In this document: positions 1 to 13,639 of the stretch, piece by piece
Layout of the letters: every line of letters starts with the position of its first letter
Position numbering within the stretch: the stretch's first letter is position 1
NCBI RefSeq assembly: GCF_030684315.1
Contig: NC_081392.1
Span: 2,689,387-2,753,386 of the forward strand
DNA: 64,000 bases
DNA from: Stegostoma tigrinum
Taxonomy: Eukaryota
Direction: 5' to 3'
Position numbers and translations under genes: made by a program
The notes under the pieces: model-generated
Told to the model about the DNA's origin: nothing
Seen by the model: the letters and a program-made list of their open reading frames with translations, nothing else
Databases searched by the model: none

Positions 1-177
1 TTAAGAGTGAGTGAGTGCAGTACATGACTGCCTGAGTGTGTTTGTGAGAACATGAGTGCCTTTACGTGACATTGAGTATATGGGTTGGGAAGAATAATCT
101 GAGCTCATTGGGTGCAATTTATTGAAACATTCACTATTCCTGCATTAAAATATTCATAAACTTAAAGTAAATAGCTA

Positions 178-1361
178 TGTTGATGAGGGTCGAGCTGTGG
201 ATGTGGTGTATATGGACTTCAGTAAGGCATTTGATAAGGTTCCCCATGGAAGGCTCATTCAGAAGGTCAGGAGGAATGGGATACAGGGGAACTTAGCTGC
301 TTGGATACAGAATTGGCTGGCCAACAGAAGACAGCGAGTGGTAGTAGAAGGAAAATATTCTGCCTGGAAGTCAGTGGTGAGTGGGGTTCCACAGGGCTCT
401 GTCCTTGGGCCTCTACTGTTTGTAATTTTTATTAATGACTTGGACGAGGGAATTGAAGGATGGGTCAGCAAGTTTGCAGACGACACAAAGGTCGGAGGTG
501 TCGTTGACAGTGTAGAGGGCTGTTGTAGGCTGCAGCGGGACATTGACAGGATGCAGAGATGGGCTGAGAGGTGGCAGATGGAGTTCAACCTGGATAAATG
601 CGAGGTGATGCATTTTGGAAGGTCGAATTTGAAAGCTGAGTACAGGATTAAGGATAGGATTCTTGGCAGCGTGGAGGAACAGAGGGATCTTGGTGTGCAG
701 ATACATAGATCCCTTAAAATGGCCACCCAAGTGGACAGGGTTGTTAAGAAAGCATATGGTGTTTTGGCTTTCATTAACAGGGGGATTGAGTTTAAGAGTC
801 GTGAGATCTTGTTGCAGCTCTATAAAACTTTGGTTAGACCGCACTTGGAATACTGCGTCCAGTTCTGGGCGCCCTATTATAGGAAAGATGTGGATGCTTT
901 GGAGAGGGTTCAGAGGAGGTTTACCAGGATGCTGCCTGGACTGGAGGGCTTATCTTATGAAGAGAGGTTGACTGAGCTCGGTCTCTTTTCATTGGAGAAA
1001 AGGAGGAGGAGAGGTGACCTAATTGAGGTATACAAGATAATGAGAGGCATGGATAGAGTTGATAGCCAGAGACTATTTCCCAGGGCAGAAATGGCTAGCA
1101 CGAGGGGTCATAGTTTTAAGCTGGTTGGTGGAAAGTATAGAGGGGATGTCAGAGGCAGGTTCTTTACGCAGAGAGTTGTGAGAGCATGGAATGCGTTGCC
1201 AGCAGCAGTTGTGGAAGCAAGGTCATTGGGGTCATTTAAGAGACTGCTGGACATGCATATGGTCACAGAAATTTGAGGGTGCATACATGAGGATCAATGG
1301 TCGGCACAACATTGTGGGCTGAAGGGCCTGTTCTGTGCTGTACTGTTCTATGTTCTATGTT
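178..1361 (+). mobile_element. Young 5'-truncated CR1 LINE with intact RT ORF2 C-terminus (197-1276)
   Basis: DFSKAFDKVPH, GVPQGSVLGP, KFADD, WNALP motifs; no stops; (TTCTATG)n tail. Confidence 0.95.
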
Positions 1362-2782
1362 TAGCCAATTTGTTTGCTTATTCAGGAACTGTCAGCCTAA
1401 TCTCTAGTAATTACTTGTGGTCTGTGCATCAGGAAGCATTTCTGTTAATTTCAACATACTCTGTCACTTTTTTCAGCAGCAAATAAATCCCATTTTCCTG
1501 ACTAAAATTTCTAGGCTCTGTAAACTCTTTAGTATAACACTTCAATTTTCTCCTCCAAACTACCTCTGTCCTCCAACTGCCATAACATTCTTGACTGCTC
1601 TGTTTAAGACGTTGCAGCTTTTTGGGTTGCAAGATCACAAGCATTCGGGATTTTAGCTGGGTATTGTTCTTCAATAGGTGATCCTATGTATCAAGCGTTG
1701 AAATGCACTGCAGAATTTCACCAAGGTTTTTTAGGGCTTGTTTCAAACCTATAATGGCTACTATCTAGAAGGAGAAGGGTAGCAGATACATGGAAACACC
1801 GCTACCAACATGTTCTCTTCCAAGCCTCTCAAACTTATAACTGAGTTGGAAATATATCGCCCTTCCTTCAGTGTCACTCAGTAAAAATTGCAGAATTTCT
1901 TCCCTAGTGGGATTGTGAGGGAAACCTACACCAAATGTACTGCAATGGTTCAAGAAGACCTTCATCACCACCTTCTCATGTTGATTAAGGATTGGCAATA
2001 CATGCTAGCAAAACCAATGACACTCATATCCTATATATGAATAAAATAAAAGATTATCACTTGGACTGTAATGTGCCTTACACATGATAGAAGCTGCATT
2101 ATATTTGTTTGCAGGGATTCGTCCTCTGGATACAAAAGGAACATATTCAGGCACTTCACTTCTACTGGATTAAACAGAAGTATAGGTGACAATAATCTAC
2201 TGGTATATTCTCCATGGTAATGGCTTGACCACTTTCCTGTCCGTAACCCCTAACTCTGGACTCCATTCTTGAAAGAAAATCTGTGCTACTGAACCTTGAG
2301 TACATTCAATGACCTAGCCTTCACTGATCATGGCTGAAAAGAATTCCACAAACCGATGGCTATCTCAGAGCCAACATTAATTGCCCGTCCCTAGTTGTAC
2401 TTGATGAGCTACCTTCGTGAACTGCTGCAGTCCATTTGGTTTACGTAGCCCCACAATGCTGTTCTGGATGGAGTTCCAGGTCTTTGACCCAGCAACAGTG
2501 AAGGAACAGCAATATATTTTGAAGTCAGAATGGTAAGTGACTTGGATGGGAACTTGCAGGTTTTGCTGTTCTCATGTGTCTGCTGCCCTGGTCCTTCTGG
2601 ATGGTAGTGGTCATGGGTCTGAAAAAGTAGTATCTGAGAAGCTTTGGTGGGTTGCTACAGTTCATCTTGTCGATGGTACACACGGCTGCTGAGCACGTGA
2701 AGCATGAAGATAGGCCGAATGGCCTGTTGCATCATTGTCACCTGATGTTACACATCTCTTTTGCTGGTGGCAGGATCTTCCT

Positions 2783-3090
2783 GGGTGGCATGGTGACTCA
2801 GTGGTTAGCACTGCTGCCTCACAGCACTTGGGACCTGGGTTCAATTCCACCCTTGGGTAACTGTGTGGAGTTTGCATATTCTCCTCCATGTTGCTATGGG
2901 TTTCCTTCCATAGTCCAAAAGATGTGCAGGCTGGGTGGATTGGCCATGCTAAATTGTCCATAGTGTTCAGGGATGTGTAGATTAGGCGGGTTATAGGGGG
3001 ATGGGGATGGGTCTGGATTGGATGCTCCAAGTGTTGGTGTGGACATATTGGGCTGAAGGGCCTGTTTCAGCACAGTAGAGGTTCTATGAT
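2783..3090 (+). mobile_element. HE1-type V-SINE
   Basis: tRNA-like head (gtggttagcactgctgcctcacagc...gggttcaattcc), V-domain ccaaaagatgtgcagg, CR1-derived tail. Confidence 0.85.
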
Positions 3091-4866
3091 AGATCTCAGC
3101 AGCCAGTTTATCTGTATAACCAGGATATCCACACTTCAAAAGCAATTAGGCATAGGAGGTTCACACAGAGAGGAATGACAGGAACTAGTACAAATTATGA
3201 GTACTTTTTATTTTTCAATAGAAAAAAAATGTCAACAAAACTGACAGAGCCTTGTCGACAGGACAGCAATTAAATAAATACAAAGATTTAAGAAAATGTT
3301 TTCAGTGTTGGCATAAACTTTTATTGACCATATTGAAACTTTAAAACAAAACATACACAAACAAAAAGGGGATTAATAAGGTTTGTGGATAATTCAGAAA
3401 TGCACGAGGAGAATTGCAGCAGATGCCAGTGGTTGAAACAAAGATTAATGAATGATTTCTGGATGAATGGGAGGGGGAATTAGAATTGATAAGTAACTGT
3501 TGCAGACAAGAAGCGAAAAAATATATAAATAAAAAAATAGCTGGGCAGAATGTGTTTAATTCGCCAATCACCTGTCACTGAGGAACAATTAGAATGAACA
3601 AGGTCACCGAGGTTGGCCTGTACGACTCCCAGCAGGTTGCCTATTCAATTTACCACCTGCCTGTCTCGAGAGACGGGTCAGACGGACTAGCTCCATTCAA
3701 GGGACTGCTAATAATTCCATTGAGGTCCTCCCTCCTCCCTAAATCCAGCACAAAAGGAAGCTTCAAGCTAAAGGTACTGGAAAATAACCAGTTTATCCTA
3801 TTAATAAATCTGAAGTTCGTTGATCTCCGGGAATGGAGAGGGATGTGATATCGAGAATACATCAAACGTTCAGATTTTGCATTGCAGTGAATTATATGTG
3901 GTGATGTTCCGAATGACAGGCAGAATTAAGCAACGATACATGCTTTTTTCCCCAGCTTTTGAAGCTTGGTCGATTTGGATTACTATCCTCATTCAACTTT
4001 TCTGTAACTTTAACTTAATTTGCTGAATAATATCCCGCAGTGGAAAACAATCGAACTGCAAATGTGTTCAGATTTTCTTTTCTCTTCTCTCCAATGCACT
4101 TAAGCAGACGACTGTAATTCGTCTCCAGCTGGTTTATCTCGCAGTCTGGGGCCAAGGCAATCCAGTCTCCTTTTCATCCTGAGTCCTCATTAAAGGAGGC
4201 AGGCTTAATCCATAATCATTTACCTGCCTGGTGTGAGTTAGTCGCAACTATACTTTCTTGAGGGAGAGAGAAAAAATGCTTTTCATACTGGCCCTCAAGT
4301 TTACAACTATCTCATTTCCACCATTCACAGAACAGTGATGTTCTTTACATCTGTTGTCGATACACATGAAGCAGGAGCAGGTATAGGCCATTTGGCCCCT
4401 TCGAGATTGTTGCGTCATTCAATACATCGTGAATGCTTACACTGCAGCCTCACATCCCCATTCCTGGCTGTCCTTCATACTCCTTGATTCCCTCATTAGT
4501 CATTAATCTAGCCACCTCTGCTTTAAAATACTCAATGATTCTGCCTCCACTGCTTTCTAGGGAAGAACTCCAGAGACTCGGTACCCTGAAGAAAAAAAAA
4601 TCCACCTCATCTCCATTTTAAATCGGAGGCCCCTAGTTTCGAAACTGCGTCCTTGCATTCTAGTCTGTTCCACAAGGGGAAACAGCCTTTCAGTATCTGA
4701 AAATGTATCCAGTCAAATTGTTACTGTGCTGTACACATCCTCTGGCTATATGTTGTCCGTAGTCACACTGAACAATAAACAATAAGTGCTCACTGTAAAC
4801 ACATTCCTTAATGTTCTCAAACAAACTTGCTTGCTGTATTTATAAATTAATCAGCAATAACCTGAG

Positions 4867-4997
4867 ATAGTAGGAACTGCGGATGCCGGCGAATCTGAGA
4901 TAACAAGGTGTAGAGCTGGATGAACACAGCAGGCCATGCAGCATCAGAGGAGCAGGAAGGCTGAAGTTTCAGGCCTATACCCTTCTTCAGAAAAAAT
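4867..4997 (-). mobile_element. Solo PLE terminus (subfamily 1); other solo arms ~7892-7986, 9334-9440, 15278-15407, 22922-23054, 26952-27045
   Basis: Same sequence as the palindrome arms; TSD ataacctgag/atgacctgag. Confidence 0.8.
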
Positions 4998-6914
4998 ATG
5001 ACCTGAGGCAGCTTACTGAAAACTTGCAAGATATCAGAAATATTCTCAAAGCATGGTCAAAATTAATCACAATAGAAAGGTTTTCATCAAGTAACTAGGG
5101 AAAATCTGTTTCAATTGACAGGATAGTCAGTAACACAAAGTTATGATGATTGCCAAAAGAAGATGGTAAAAGTGAAGAGAATATTTTGAATTTTTAAGAT
5201 CTGCAGCCTCAAGTAGTGGTGGAAGCAAATTCATCACCAACTTGCAAAACGGGATTAGATAAATACTTGGGGGAAGGATGCCGGAGTGCTTTCAGGGTTG
5301 TTATAGGGCAGGACTATGTGAACACTTCCCCCAAAAGCCAGCACAGGCATGATGGGCTGAATGGCCTCCCTCTGTGTGTTATGATTCCATAGTTCCATGA
5401 TTAGGTTTGGTCTGGAAAATCATGACAGAAGTCTGGAGGGTAGTGTTTAAAGGCAACCACGCTCTTTTGAATAAATTAGACTTTTTTCCTGAAAACAAAG
5501 CTTTCAAAGCAGATGAGATATTTTAAAATTTGGGTAAGAAGTTCAGTAAATGCAGTTAGGTTGGTGTTTAGATGACAATCAATCATCGTATTTGTCAATT
5601 ATTGTCAATTATTACCAATACAGGTCATTAGTTGGGGCTTTGAAACTTAATCTGCAGAACTCCCCTGAGCCTTATTGAGCAATGTTGCATTGGAACTGCA
5701 CGTCCCTAAGCAGACTGTTGACAAATCAGCACTGTATTCTGTCTGTCATTAAGACTTGCATATTCCCACCGTGTATTGCCTTTCTCTGAGCCCTGCCTCT
5801 GCTGTTGAAAGGTATCCATGCCTTGACCTAACTTTATAAAGCCAGAGCTCATCCAAAGTTGGCAGTCACATAATTAACAGCCTAAGTTCCATTCTCATGT
5901 AGGTATCCTGTTCACTGACTTGTACTGGCTCTTGGTTTTTCGGTGCCTCCAATTCTACACTAAATCTTTTGTTTTAAAATTCCTTCCCCATCTTTGTAAA
6001 CTGTTCCACTTGATTGTTCTGTTCCCAAGTCTGGCCTCTCAGACCTTCTCCAATTTCCATTCCTCCATCATTGCTGGCCATGCCTTCAGCTGCCCAGGCC
6101 CCAGGCTCTGGGACCCTCTCCCTGAACCCTTCTACCCTCCATCTTTAAGGCGCACCTTAAAACCTACCAAGATATTGCCATATCTCCTCATAAATCCTTG
6201 TGTGTTAGACTTTGGCAGTTTGCACACTTGTTAAGTACTGTGGGACATGTCTGACATTCAAGGTGCTACATAAATGTGGCTTGTTCTAGTTCAAAAAAAT
6301 TGGTATCCACTTTAGGATTCATCCACCAATGAGAAAGCAATGCCAAAAACTGCACCCCCCCCCCACCACTCCCCCCTCAAATCTTTCAGGTTCATAAAAT
6401 GAACAGGATAAAGTAATGAGAAACAGGACTGAGTAAGGTGAATTTACAGAATGCAATTGTCAGAATTTGAGTGAAAAACACTGCCCTTTGAGTGGAGGGT
6501 TAACTGAGCAGGCACTGTTGTTTGCTAACTGTTTCTGAAGCACTGCTGACTGCAGCATCACGGCCCAGTTTCCTTCCTTGCTACGTCAGGATGGGGAGGC
6601 TGAATGCCAAGTGTCCTAGATTTGGAGGAAACTAAGAAAATTAAATTCAAAGCAAAAGTCCACTGTACAGAGAGAGAGTGCAGGTCTACTTATTGTCTTC
6701 AGTTCTGACCCCTTCTGCCATCTAAAGCTATAGCTTTATTTATGAATCTAGACTGTATGATCTTACCCAGCTACTAGATAGGGGGAGATGTGTAATGTCA
6801 CAGGAAAGTATATCCAGAGGGCCTATGCTAGTGGTCACAACATTAGTTCAAATCCCACCACAAATTTAATTTTAATTAGTTGGAATATAAATTGAATTGA
6901 AAGCTAGTATCACT

Positions 6915-7051
6915 CAACATTCTTTTTAGCCGCTCAGCTGTGTGTGCATGCAGTTGCACCGATGCTCCACAAACAGCAATTGGCATTGACTTCTGATTCT
7001 GGAAGCTGTTGCTGCAGACTGCCAGTAGAAAAAAACTTAGAGGGAACACTG
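6915..7051. mobile_element. Small non-autonomous hAT element inserted in a SINE
   Basis: Right TIR ttagagggaacactg (rc CAGTGTTCCCTCTAA); decayed left TIR caacattctttttag (differences are all transitions); 8-bp TSD gtatcact/gtctcaat. Confidence 0.55.
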
Positions 7052-8241
7052 GTCTCAATCATGGTAAACATATCATTGATTGTTTAAAAAAAAAACCCAC
7101 CTGGCTCAAAAGGAAATCTACACTCCCTATCCAGACTCCAGATCAATTGCAATCTGGTTGATTCTTAAATGTCCTCTGAAATGCCCTAGCAAGCTGCTCG
7201 TTTCAAGGCAATTGAGGTCAAGAAACAAATTATAAAAATTCAACAACATGGCTGAGCCCAACAACTTCCTCCTCTTCTCAAAGTTGGAAATTTTCAGACT
7301 CACTGAATAATGATCAGAAGCTTTTGTTCAGCTGCAACACATCCCTCGTTGACAAGTATTGAGTCCAAATGTACCACATTTACCTCTTGCCCTAATCAAC
7401 ATTCATTGTAAACCTGGAATCTCGCTGGTCTGTACCAAACTTCTGTAATCATTAACCCATTATATTTGTTATTTTTCCTCTCTCACTAACGATCTCTCCT
7501 CTCCAATTCCTTTGCAGGATTGATTCCATTTCCATTTTCACTTACCGGAACCAGGCTGCAGGAATGGTCATGGGCTCTCATCTAATGCCAGGGAGATACC
7601 AGCTAATGCCAAGGCATTTAAGGGGCTAGTAATTGAGCTTGATCTTGAGAGACATTCAAAAAAAGAGCAGACAAAATTGAGGTGTTTAGGAAATGGGATC
7701 CCGAGCATTAGGGTATCAACAGCAGGTCTGTGGGACAGAGAAACAGGCACTGATGACTATTGCCTTGAAAGTTGCAAGAAAGGCATGTACTTTTAGACAA
7801 TATTTCTCATTAACTCAGAATATCTTAAAGCATTTTACAGCCAGTGAAGTAATTTTGAAATGCATTCAGCAAGAAACACAGCAGCCACTTTTCTGAAGAA
7901 GGGTCCAGAACCAAAACATCAACTTTCCTGCTCTTCTGATGCTGCTTGGCCTGCTGTGTTCATCCAGTTTTACACCTTGTTATCTTAGCCAAATTTTTTA
8001 TAGCAAGCTCCCACAAGTAACAACATGATAAGCACTGGATAACCGGATTTCATGCATTTTTCAGAGAAAGGACTGAACAATTTACACTTATGTAGCACCT
8101 CTAATATTGTAGGAACTTTCAAAAGTGCCTCACAGTACACAGAATACAATCAAAGTGTTTAACACCAGTATTAGGACAGGTATCCAAAAGCTTGATCAAA
8201 TAAGTTAATTTTAAGGAGCGTCTGAACAATGAAGACAGAAA

Positions 8242-8261
8242 TAGAGAGAGAGAGAGAGAGA
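8242..8261. repeat. (GA)n microsatellite
   Basis: Direct observation. Confidence 0.9.
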
Positions 8262-9839
8262 CAGGTTTTGGAAGGGAATTCCAGAGCACAGCTGCCAAGT
8301 TGTGGAGCAGGTAGAGAAAGCGTTACAGAATAGATGGAGCACAGATACCTTAAAAGGTCGTTAAAAGGTACATTTTATTTGGGCAGTGGTCTCAGCCATA
8401 AATTTGAACTCAAAAACATTAAAAGTTGATCAGAGGCATGTCAAATTCTTGTTTAATTTTTTTGTGATTTATTGAAATTGTGTTTGCCATTACATAATGT
8501 TTCACTATCCGTAATTTGTGAGGGGAGAAGAGGAGCATGTGAGGAAAGGATTGGGGGCTGCATGAGGGAGCAAAACGTGAAGGGAGAGAGGGAGGGCTGA
8601 ATTTTACAGTTGATCCCTTTCGCACATTTAGTAACAGAAAGGGACATAACTGTCCCACCCAGGGGATATAAAGACACTCTGTTGAACACAGGCCCCTTTC
8701 TTCCTCACCCTCAATGGAAAAAACGTGGCGACAAACTGAAACGGCTCGGCCTGTGGCAGAGCTAGTGAGTTTTTCAAGGTGGGGAAGAGGTTGGATAAAA
8801 CCTAACAGGTGCCTCTGCCTTGTCGTTAGTCTAGCGGCCGGCGGAAGCGTGTGGAGTCAGCCAGGCCCGGGATCCGATTTGAAACCACGTTCATGCTGTC
8901 TCCGTCGCCGCCATCGGCCTTGGCAGATGGACACAGTGGCTTTTATTACCATCAAAACAGACGGCTGTCAGCTGGGGCCTCAGCAACAAGCTCCGAGTGC
9001 GGCATTCTGCTGCATTAAGAGAGCGGCCGGATCGAGTGAAGTGTGTATTTTTCCCTGTAGGCCGCCTTCCCGCCAGAGAGGAACATGGTGGGGGAGTGAA
9101 TTTTCACAGCAGCCCGCTTCTCCCAGCCCCACGCTCCCCTGAAATAAAACTTCTTATGAACCAGATGAAGGGCTTTCTAAAGCAAAAAAATCAAAGTTAT
9201 CCCATGGGAAACGTGGTTGGGACTTGTTGCGCAGCAAGATCCCATGTCCCACAGTTTATTTTGGGGGTGAAGATTAAAAATATAATGTTTGGGAATAAAC
9301 GTACCGGTGCTTCATTTTGAAGTATACGACTAATCAGACCAGTGCGCGAATTCTTCCGCTTCAAAGATGCTGCCCGACCTGAGGAGCTTTTCCAACAATT
9401 TTTGTTTGTTTCTGATTTTCAGCATGCGCAGTTCTTGAGTTCCCCCACCCCCGACAATTTTATTTTTTTCCTCGTGTAGGAATTGAAGACTTATACATTT
9501 CCCCACAAAAACCCAACTTCCCACTCTCAAGCAGCCGTGAACCCTGCTTTCATCCGTGCTTGTGGATTATTCAAGTCCCTGTTTTGGAGAGGCCAGTAGA
9601 AAATGACTGACAGACATTGCAGCGTGGAGCTTAGAGAGTGCAGCACTGACAGGGGCATGGTCATTCTAGCTGAGGTGCTAAACTGTGATCTCTTAAGGTG
9701 GTGTAAAATTTGATAATATGTCTTGTGGTGTCCAAATTGTTTCCCAGGTCAATAACCATGATTTCACTCAGAAAAGAGTCAGTTTAACTAAGAGTGCATT
9801 GCGAAATCTTGAGGTCATTAAGTCTAATCCTAAATGCTT

Positions 9840-10860
9840 ATGGGCACAAAGCGGGAGAGAGACAAAGGTGAGTAACTGTTGGCCAATTAGCCTAATGTCA
9901 ATTGTTGGAAAAGTATTTGGAATCAATTGTTAAGGAAGTAATAGCAAAACATTTAGAAAATCACAATCTAACCAAGCAGAGTCAGCATGGCTTCGGGAAG
10001 AGAGAGATTGCCTCTGAATAATTTAGTAGAGTTTTTCAAGGAAATCTCAATCAGAGTGGATGGAGGGGAACCAGTAGATGTGGTTGGACTTCCAGAAGGT
10101 GGTTGACAAGGTACTGCACAAATGTCAAGCCATGAGTGCCCACAGTATTGGAGGTAGTATAATTCTATGGGTAAAGAATTGGCCAATGGGCAGGAAACAG
10201 TGAATGAGGATAAGGGCTTCTTGTTGAGTATGGTGACCACTGGAGTTCCACAGTGATCAATGCTGGGACCTCCTCTTTGAAAGAAGATGGACGTACTGTA
10301 GCCAAATTTGTAGGTGTCACAAAAGTAGGTGGAAAGAGGAAAACAAACAATAATGTTAAGTAAGTGGGCAAAAATTTGGCAAATATGACCTGTTCATTTT
10401 GGAAGGGAGAACAAAAATTTTTAAATGGACAAAAACTGCAGAAAGCTGAATCACAAGCTAGCACAGAGGCACAGCAGATACACTAATGATTGTGGGGTTT
10501 GGAGTATAAGAGAAGGGAAGTCCTACTGCAACCATACAAGGTACTGGGTAGACAACATCTGAAGTACAGTGAATACTTTTGGTTCCCTTATTTAAGGAAA
10601 GATATTTCATTGAATGCATTTCAGCAACAGTTCATTAGGATGGTTCCTGGTATGGAGGAATTGTCTTCTGAGCAAAGGCTAAACAGGCTGGAACTCTATT
10701 CACTAGAGTTAGATGAATGAGAGGTGATCACATTGAAACATATGGAATTCTTAAGGGACTTGACTGGGTAAATACTGAGAGGATCTTTCCCTTCATGGGA
10801 GAATCTTGGACCAGAGGGCATAGTCCCAGAATAAAGGGACACTGAACAGCCTACTCTTGT
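9840..10860 (+). mobile_element. Decayed CR1 ORF2/3' fragment
   Basis: PISLMSIVGKV, PYLRKDI, LELYSLE remnants; deletions. Confidence 0.8.
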
Positions 10861-12154
10861 TTCTATTTGTTATTGTTTCATATTACTCATCCAAAGGCCT
10901 AAGCTAATTGTCTAAGAAGTGTGTGCTGAAATCCTCAAAATACCGGTTTAAACATTTAATGCAGTTGGAAACAATATTTCTGGAAATAGAAGTTGTGTTT
11001 TTAGTAATGGTGACTTGGTGATTTGTATCAAACCAAACTGGTTCACTAACCTTATTTTAGGGAAAGAAACCAACCAAATCCATCAATATCAGTTTCTCAA
11101 AAAAGCCGTGCGCATGAGCGGAACATGCCATGTTTGCGGGTGATGTCCTGCCTATGGATGAACATTAAAAATATTCGAATTGGGACATCTTACTGTTGAA
11201 TCATAGGAATATCTGGTGTAAGCTTAAGTCCCTCCTTGTCTCTGTCTATATCCCACATTGGAAGATCTACCCACTCACAATAAAAAGTAAGAACTTACAA
11301 TTTTTCAACATTTTTGGAGACCTTAGAACATTGGGGCATCTTTCAAAGCACTTTTGAAAAATAGTTCCTGTTTTAAGATTGGAAACACGTAAGCCAATTT
11401 GTGCACAGCAAGCTCCCACAAATAGCAATGTGATATCTTTTTGTGTTGTTGGTTGAGAGATAATTATGGCCCATGGGATGCTTTACATTTGTCATAGAGG
11501 TTGGATGGGGCTGTTAGCTTAACATCTCCTGCAAAAGACTGCACCACTGACAAAGCAATGTTTTGCTCACGAGTGGCAGCCTGGATCTTTGTGCTTGGAT
11601 TTCTTGAGCATTATATCACCGTACAGCCTTCAGATTCAGAAAGAGACTGACACCAGCTCAGCTTGGGTTGTGAGAAAGTTTGATGATAGTCACGATCTCT
11701 GTTACAGAAGCTTTTCGATTCCACTGTTGCAATGATGGGATTTGAACTCATGGCCCAGAGGATGGGGCTCTGGGTTACTGGTTTAGTGACATGACCACTA
11801 TGCCAAGGGCATTGTTTGATCTTTGCATCCACCCAATTCGGGGAGATGGGGGCCACGGTTTAACATCTCATCTGAAAGACTGACCCTCTGACATTGCAAC
11901 TTCCCCTCAATACTGCATTGGCCATCAAGTATTTGTGTGCAAGCCTTTTTTCAGGACTTGAATGCAAAACTTCGAGAACCAGCTAAATCACAATTACATG
12001 CATCACTTGATGGAGTTGAAGGAATAGATAGATGAGTTTTTAGGGTTAGTTGAAGATAGGAAGAGGCCTCTGTGAAGTGCCAAGACAGATGAGGACCTGA
12101 TGGACAGAGATTCTGAGTTGTGAATTTCCATGTAGCAAGTTCTGTTTCACCCAA

Positions 12155-12815
12155 TTTTTATTTTATTTTGTCACAGGATGACGGCATTGCTGACTAGGCC
12201 AGCATTTAATACCCATCCCTAATTGCCCAGAGGGCAGTTATGAGTTAACTACATTTCTGTGGGTCTATAGTCGGCACAGTGGCACAGTGGTTAGCACTGC
12301 TGCCTCAGCGCCAGAGACCCGGGTTCAATTCCAACGTCGGGCGACTGTCTGTGTGGAATTTGCACATTCTCCCTATGTCTGAGTGGGTTTCCTCCCACAG
12401 TCCAAAGATGTGCCGGGTTAGGTAGACTGGCCATGCTAACTTGCCCTTAGTGTTCAGGGATGTGTAGACTAGGTGGGTCACGGGGAATGGGTCCAGGTGG
12501 GATGCTCTGAGGTTCGGTGCGGACTTGTTAGGGCTGAAGGGCTTGTTTCCAAACTGTAGAGACTCTAATTCTAATTCTAGTCACAAGTTGGCCAAACCAG
12601 GTAAGGACGGCAGCTTTCTTTCCCTAAAGAACATCAGTGAACCAGATGGATTTTTCCAATAATCATCAACCATTTCATGACCATCATTAGACTCTTATTT
12701 CCAGATTTTAATTGAATTAAAGTTTCACCATCTGCCAGGATTTGAACCTGGAGTCTTCAGGTATTACCTGGATCTCTGGGTTAGCAGGCTAATGATGATA
12801 CCACTATCCCATTGC
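12155..12815 (-). mobile_element. tRNA-derived SINE of a second family, interrupted by HE1. Other copies ~6790-7230, 20885-21115, 23440-23850, 44470-44720, 45000-45330, 49545-49740, 63480-63820
   Basis: Recurring core ccatctggttcactaatgtcc..aggaaatct..gtgactccagac and a 3' tail shared with the 24930-25460 LINE family. Confidence 0.65.
12273..12577 (+). mobile_element. HE1-type V-SINE inserted into another SINE
   Basis: Same architecture; (TCTAAT)n tail; flanked by a tagtc repeat. Confidence 0.85.
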
Positions 12816-13639
12816 CTCCTCATATACAAATTTGTTCAACGTGAGGGAAAGTGAAAATCTCAGAGTCATTTAACAAACAGCTAGACGCTGATGGGAATTT
12901 TAGGGCTTTCTTAGAATAATTGACCTTTAAGCTGGATGGTCTCCCACAGTCATGATGATCTTATCATCTCTAGTATCACATGACATTATTTGTTAAAGGC
13001 CAGGGAATCACCTACTGTCCTCCCTTCATGCATGTCCCCAAAACAAAAACAGATGCACATGTTCTTCCCGTCAAAGATCCTGCTTTGTTCTGTGAATTTA
13101 GTGGATCCACTATCAAGGTCTTGTTCGGGCTACACACTTTTTGTCTCCAACAGAAATGCCTTATGCCTGTGTGTTAAACATTCACTGTGAAGGAAAGCTG
13201 TGGGAGAACCAGGAGAAGCTGAATTAAAACCAACTTGGATTAGCAGTGATCCATTTTGCCTTTTCTTCATGAAGGAAGTAACATTTGATATTAGTACAAC
13301 TCAAAAGCCTTCACACATGTACTGGATCTTTGAAAGCACAATCAAATTAGTCCCATTCTTCCCATGTAGTCCTGCCTACTTCTTCAGGCATTTAACCCAG
13401 GGCTTCCCAAAATGTGACCCCCTAATGAGATTGTGGGTCAGGATTTTAGAATTGTGACCACCAGATCAGCTTGGACTGAGTTTGAGAGCTGCAAGGCTCC
13501 TTTAAACATTTGTGATTTATTTTTGTCAATGGGTGTGAGATGATTTTCTATTCCATAAGGACAGAATGCTGATGTGAGTGTAGCCTGTAAAAAGAAAATG
13601 GGCCTTTGGTATTTTTTCGTGGCAAATGCAGGTATTTTA

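Noticed and set aside
197-1276. Intact reverse transcriptase ORF as a retron, DGR or domesticated gene
   Set aside because: Typical 5'-truncated CR1 ORF2 with CR1 3' tail; it starts mid-domain.
2783-2855. tRNA gene-like A/B boxes (also 12273, 28148, 40803)
   Set aside because: They are SINE heads followed by SINE body sequence; no complete cloverleaf.
8714-9142. 142-aa ATG ORF
   Set aside because: No recognisable domain; long ORFs are expected in GC-rich sequence.
11140-11192. Short stem gatgtcc...ggacatc as a snoRNA or miRNA
   Set aside because: Only a 7-bp stem, with no proper C/D or H/ACA boxes.
13397-13440. hAT-Charlie-like TIR cagggcttcccaaa
   Set aside because: No matching opposite TIR or TSD found.
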